In this document: positions 61,627 to 64,000 of the stretch, piece after piece
Position numbering within the stretch: the first letter of the stretch is position 1
Layout: each line of letters starts with the position of its first letter
From: Candidatus Methylacidiphilales bacterium
GTDB taxonomy: Bacteria > Verrucomicrobiota > Verrucomicrobiia > Methylacidiphilales > JBCBYL01
Direction of reading: 5' to 3'
NCBI GenBank assembly: GCA_050329585.1
Contig: JBHJOR010000001.1
Location: 5,967-69,966, forward strand
DNA length: 64,000 nucleotides
Program-made: the position numbers and the translations under genes
Notes under the pieces: generated by a model
Databases searched by the model: none
What the model was told of the DNA's origin: nothing
What the model saw: the letters and a program-made list of their open reading frames with translations, nothing else

Positions 61627-62064
61627 ATGGAAGAAATGAAGGACACCCGCCGCGCTCTGGTGCGGATCAGCTATGACGGGCGGGTTTACAAGACGTTTCG
61701 TGGTCACCAGGCCCGGGAGCGTTTTGAAAATGAGGTAGCGGTCTTGCGCCACTTAGAAAAAAAAGAATGCCCGTTTGTTCCGCGGATTCTGGAAGTCGAT
61801 CCGGAAAAGCTCCTCCTGGTGACCACCACCTGCGGAAAACGGGTGGAGCATCTGAGCGATAAAAAAAAGGCTTCTCTGTTTGCCGAGTTAGAAACCTACG
61901 GGGTTCGACATGAGGATGCCGAAACGCGCAATGTGACCTATCTTGCCTCTCAAGGAAGATTCTGTCTGATCGATTTCGAGTTTGCCACCCTATTGGACGA
62001 TCCCCAACACCGTTCCCCCGTATCCTGGCCGCATGAACGCAAGGAGGAAGGTTCACATGAGTGA
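61627..62064 (+). CDS. Minimal protein-kinase-like protein (145 aa)
   Basis: VYK lysine, ENE alphaC glutamate, FVP, HEDAETRNV catalytic loop, LIDFEF. Confidence 0.75.
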   Translation: MEEMKDTRRALVRISYDGRVYKTFRGHQARERFENEVAVLRHLEKKECPFVPRILEVDPEKLLLVTTTCGKRVEHLSDKKKASLFAELETYGVRHEDAETRNVTYLASQGRFCLIDFEFATLLDDPQHRSPVSWPHERKEEGSHE

Positions 62065-62905
62065 GGCGTTAAGGCCTGATGAGGTTGCGGCTCCGATGCG
62101 CGTGAGATGGTCGGGCATGACCCATCCGGGTAAAGTTCGCAAGAATAACGAAGACTCGTTTCTGGCGCTGACCTTCAACCGGGAAACCTTCCACTATTTG
62201 GGCAAAACCGGGGAAACGTCCTTGGAAGAACACGATTTGGTTTTCGCGGTGAGTGACGGGATGGGAGGAGCCAATGCGGGAGAATTCGCCAGCAAAATCG
62301 CGGTGGAAAAAATTACACGCCTGCTTCCGAAGGCCTTTTTGAGCCGTGCGGCGGGAATCCAGCCGGGATTTACAGATCTCTTTGAACTCGTATACATGGA
62401 GATTCACCGGGCACTGACCTATTTGGGCGAGAGCTACCCCGAGTGTCAGGGCATGGGCTCGACACTGACCCTGACTTGGCTCACTCCAGGTTGGCTCTAT
62501 TTCGCGCACCTGGGTGACAGCAGGCTGTATTATTTGGCGGCGAACGGCGATTTCAAGCAGCTCAGCGAAGATCACAGCCACGTGGGTTGGCTGCGTCGGC
62601 ATGGCAAAATCAATGAGCGGGAAGCGCGCGATCACCCCGGACGCAGCTCTCTGCAAAAGGCGCTGGGCGCCGGGCACCAATTTGTGGATCCCCAAGTGGG
62701 CGCGGTGGGCCTGGAACCCGGCGACCAATTTTTATTGTGCACCGACGGCTTGGTGGATGGTCTGTGGGATCGCAATATCAAAGGTTTGCTGCGCGATCCG
62801 GATGAACGAGAAGCCTCACAAGATCCAGCACTTCGTTTGGTGCGCAAAGCGGTGGATGTTTCCGGACGGGATAACACCACCGCGTTGGTGATGGAAATTC
62901 TTTAG
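62057..62905 (+). CDS. PP2C (PPM) Ser/Thr protein phosphatase
   Basis: RKNNED, VSDGMGG, AHLGDSR, LCTDGL, GRDNTT; 8-nt overlap with the kinase gene. Confidence 0.93.
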   Translation: MSEALRPDEVAAPMRVRWSGMTHPGKVRKNNEDSFLALTFNRETFHYLGKTGETSLEEHDLVFAVSDGMGGANAGEFASKIAVEKITRLLPKAFLSRAAGIQPGFTDLFELVYMEIHRALTYLGESYPECQGMGSTLTLTWLTPGWLYFAHLGDSRLYYLAANGDFKQLSEDHSHVGWLRRHGKINEREARDHPGRSSLQKALGAGHQFVDPQVGAVGLEPGDQFLLCTDGLVDGLWDRNIKGLLRDPDEREASQDPALRLVRKAVDVSGRDNTTALVMEIL

Positions 62906-62941
62906 CAGCCTAAGCTACCACAAGGTTTCTCCGAACCTGCT

Positions 62942-64000
62942 TTACAGCCCGCGTTTCTCCATTCTGGCGCGTAGGGTGGATCGAGTGATGCCTAGAAGTT
63001 TGGCGGTGCGCACCTGATTGCTTCCGGTGCGCACCAGGGCGGCTCGAATAAATTCATCCTGTAGCCACTCCAGAAGTGGACGAGACGGATCCTTTTCAGC
63101 TGCTTCAAATAAAAGGCGAATCGCTTCCTCTTCACTTGCCAGTCCAGGGCTAATTCGGGCTGCTGAGACCACGCCCGATGAAGCGCCATCGACAGGCTGA
63201 GTCGTCATCTCAACCGAGGATGAAAGGACTTCGGATGAGCGCACTTCTAAAGGCAAGTCGGACGGAGTGATGGTATCTCCGGTAGCTAAGACCAAGGCGC
63301 GCTGAATGGTGTTCTCTAATTCCCGGACATTTCCCGGCCAGGAATACTCAGAGAGTATACGAACCGTCTCCGCCCCCAGTTTATCAGGTGCGCCGGGATG
63401 GCGTTTTTTCCATTTCTGCATAAAAAAAGCCGCCATCCTTGCGATGTCACTACGGCGTTCTCTCAGGGGAGGAAGACGGATACTGAAGACGTTCAGTCGG
63501 TAATAAAGATCCTCGCGGAATTGTTTAGCCCGGCATGCGTCCAATAGATTGCGATTGGTGGCGGCGATGAGACGCACATCGGAGTAGAGTGCTTTGTTGC
63601 CTCCCACCCGGGTGAATTCTCCCTCCTGAATCATACGTAGCAGCTTGGATTGAATGGGCAGGGGCATCTCACCGATTTCATCTAGAAAAAGAGTTCCTCC
63701 GTCGCATTGTTCAAATTTTCCGATACGCTGGGTCATCGCTCCGGTAAACGCACCTTTCTCGTGACCGAATAGTTCGCTTTCCAACAGGTTTTCTGGGATG
63801 GCGGCGCAGTTTAGAGTGATGAATGTTTTTTTTGCCCGTTTGCTGTGGGCCACCACGGCACGGGCGACCAGCTCCTTGCCGGTGCCGCTTTCTCCGGTGA
63901 TCAACACCGTGGCATCGGTGGGAGCCACTTGGCCCACCAATTTATAAACCGCCTGCATCGGGGCACTTTGACCAATCATGCCACTGTTTCCTTCATCCCC
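62942..64000 (-). CDS. Sigma54-dependent NtrC-family enhancer-binding protein (5' end outside window)
   Basis: [38 protein letters not shown]-terminal Fis-type HTH. Confidence 0.93.
   Translation of the reverse strand, partial: GDEGNSGMIGQSAPMQAVYKLVGQVAPTDATVLITGESGTGKELVARAVVAHSKRAKKTFITLNCAAIPENLLESELFGHEKGAFTGAMTQRIGKFEQCDGGTLFLDEIGEMPLPIQSKLLRMIQEGEFTRVGGNKALYSDVRLIAATNRNLLDACRAKQFREDLYYRLNVFSIRLPPLRERRSDIARMAAFFMQKWKKRHPGAPDKLGAETVRILSEYSWPGNVRELENTIQRALVLATGDTITPSDLPLEVRSSEVLSSSVEMTTQPVDGASSGVVSAARISPGLASEEEAIRLLFEAAEKDPSRPLLEWLQDEFIRAALVRTGSNQVRTAKLLGITRSTLRARMEKRGL

Noticed and set aside
1-64000. CRISPR arrays, tRNA/rRNA, integrases, defence systems, prophage
   Set aside because: No direct-repeat/spacer arrays, cloverleafs, or recombinase or phage genes seen; intergenic gaps are mostly too short

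Overview
Gene-dense bacterial core-chromosome segment with about 60 CDS. I found no rRNA, tRNA, CRISPR array, prophage or intact IS. Gene content suggests Verrucomicrobiota (inference from a PEP-CTERM protein, type II glutamine synthetase, rplY-pth-rpsF-ssb-rplI without rpsR, and few Shine-Dalgarno motifs). Housekeeping genes include pgi, purH, purM, purB, clpB, hsp20, glpX, infA, rarA, phrB, rplY, pth, rpsF, ssb, rplI, dtd, mnmG, ftsH, folP and glnII. Envelope genes include a GH73 hydrolase, NagZ, two L,D-transpeptidases, a GT2, a YdbH-like protein with a YnbE-YdbL fusion, and an autotransporter. There is also an arsC/arsP pair. Best leads: (1) a 145-aa minimal protein kinase and a PP2C phosphatase encoded between sigma54-driven glnII and an NtrC-family activator, a candidate phosphorylation switch for nitrogen assimilation; (2) a divergent clpB/hsp20 pair with two sigma54 -24/-12 promoters sharing tandem enhancer-like boxes, with clpB predicted to be leaderless; (3) an autotransporter split by +1 G in a G7 tract; (4) widespread -10 boxes 5-8 nt upstream of start codons, implying leaderless mRNAs. 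All product calls come from reading motifs, not from database searches.
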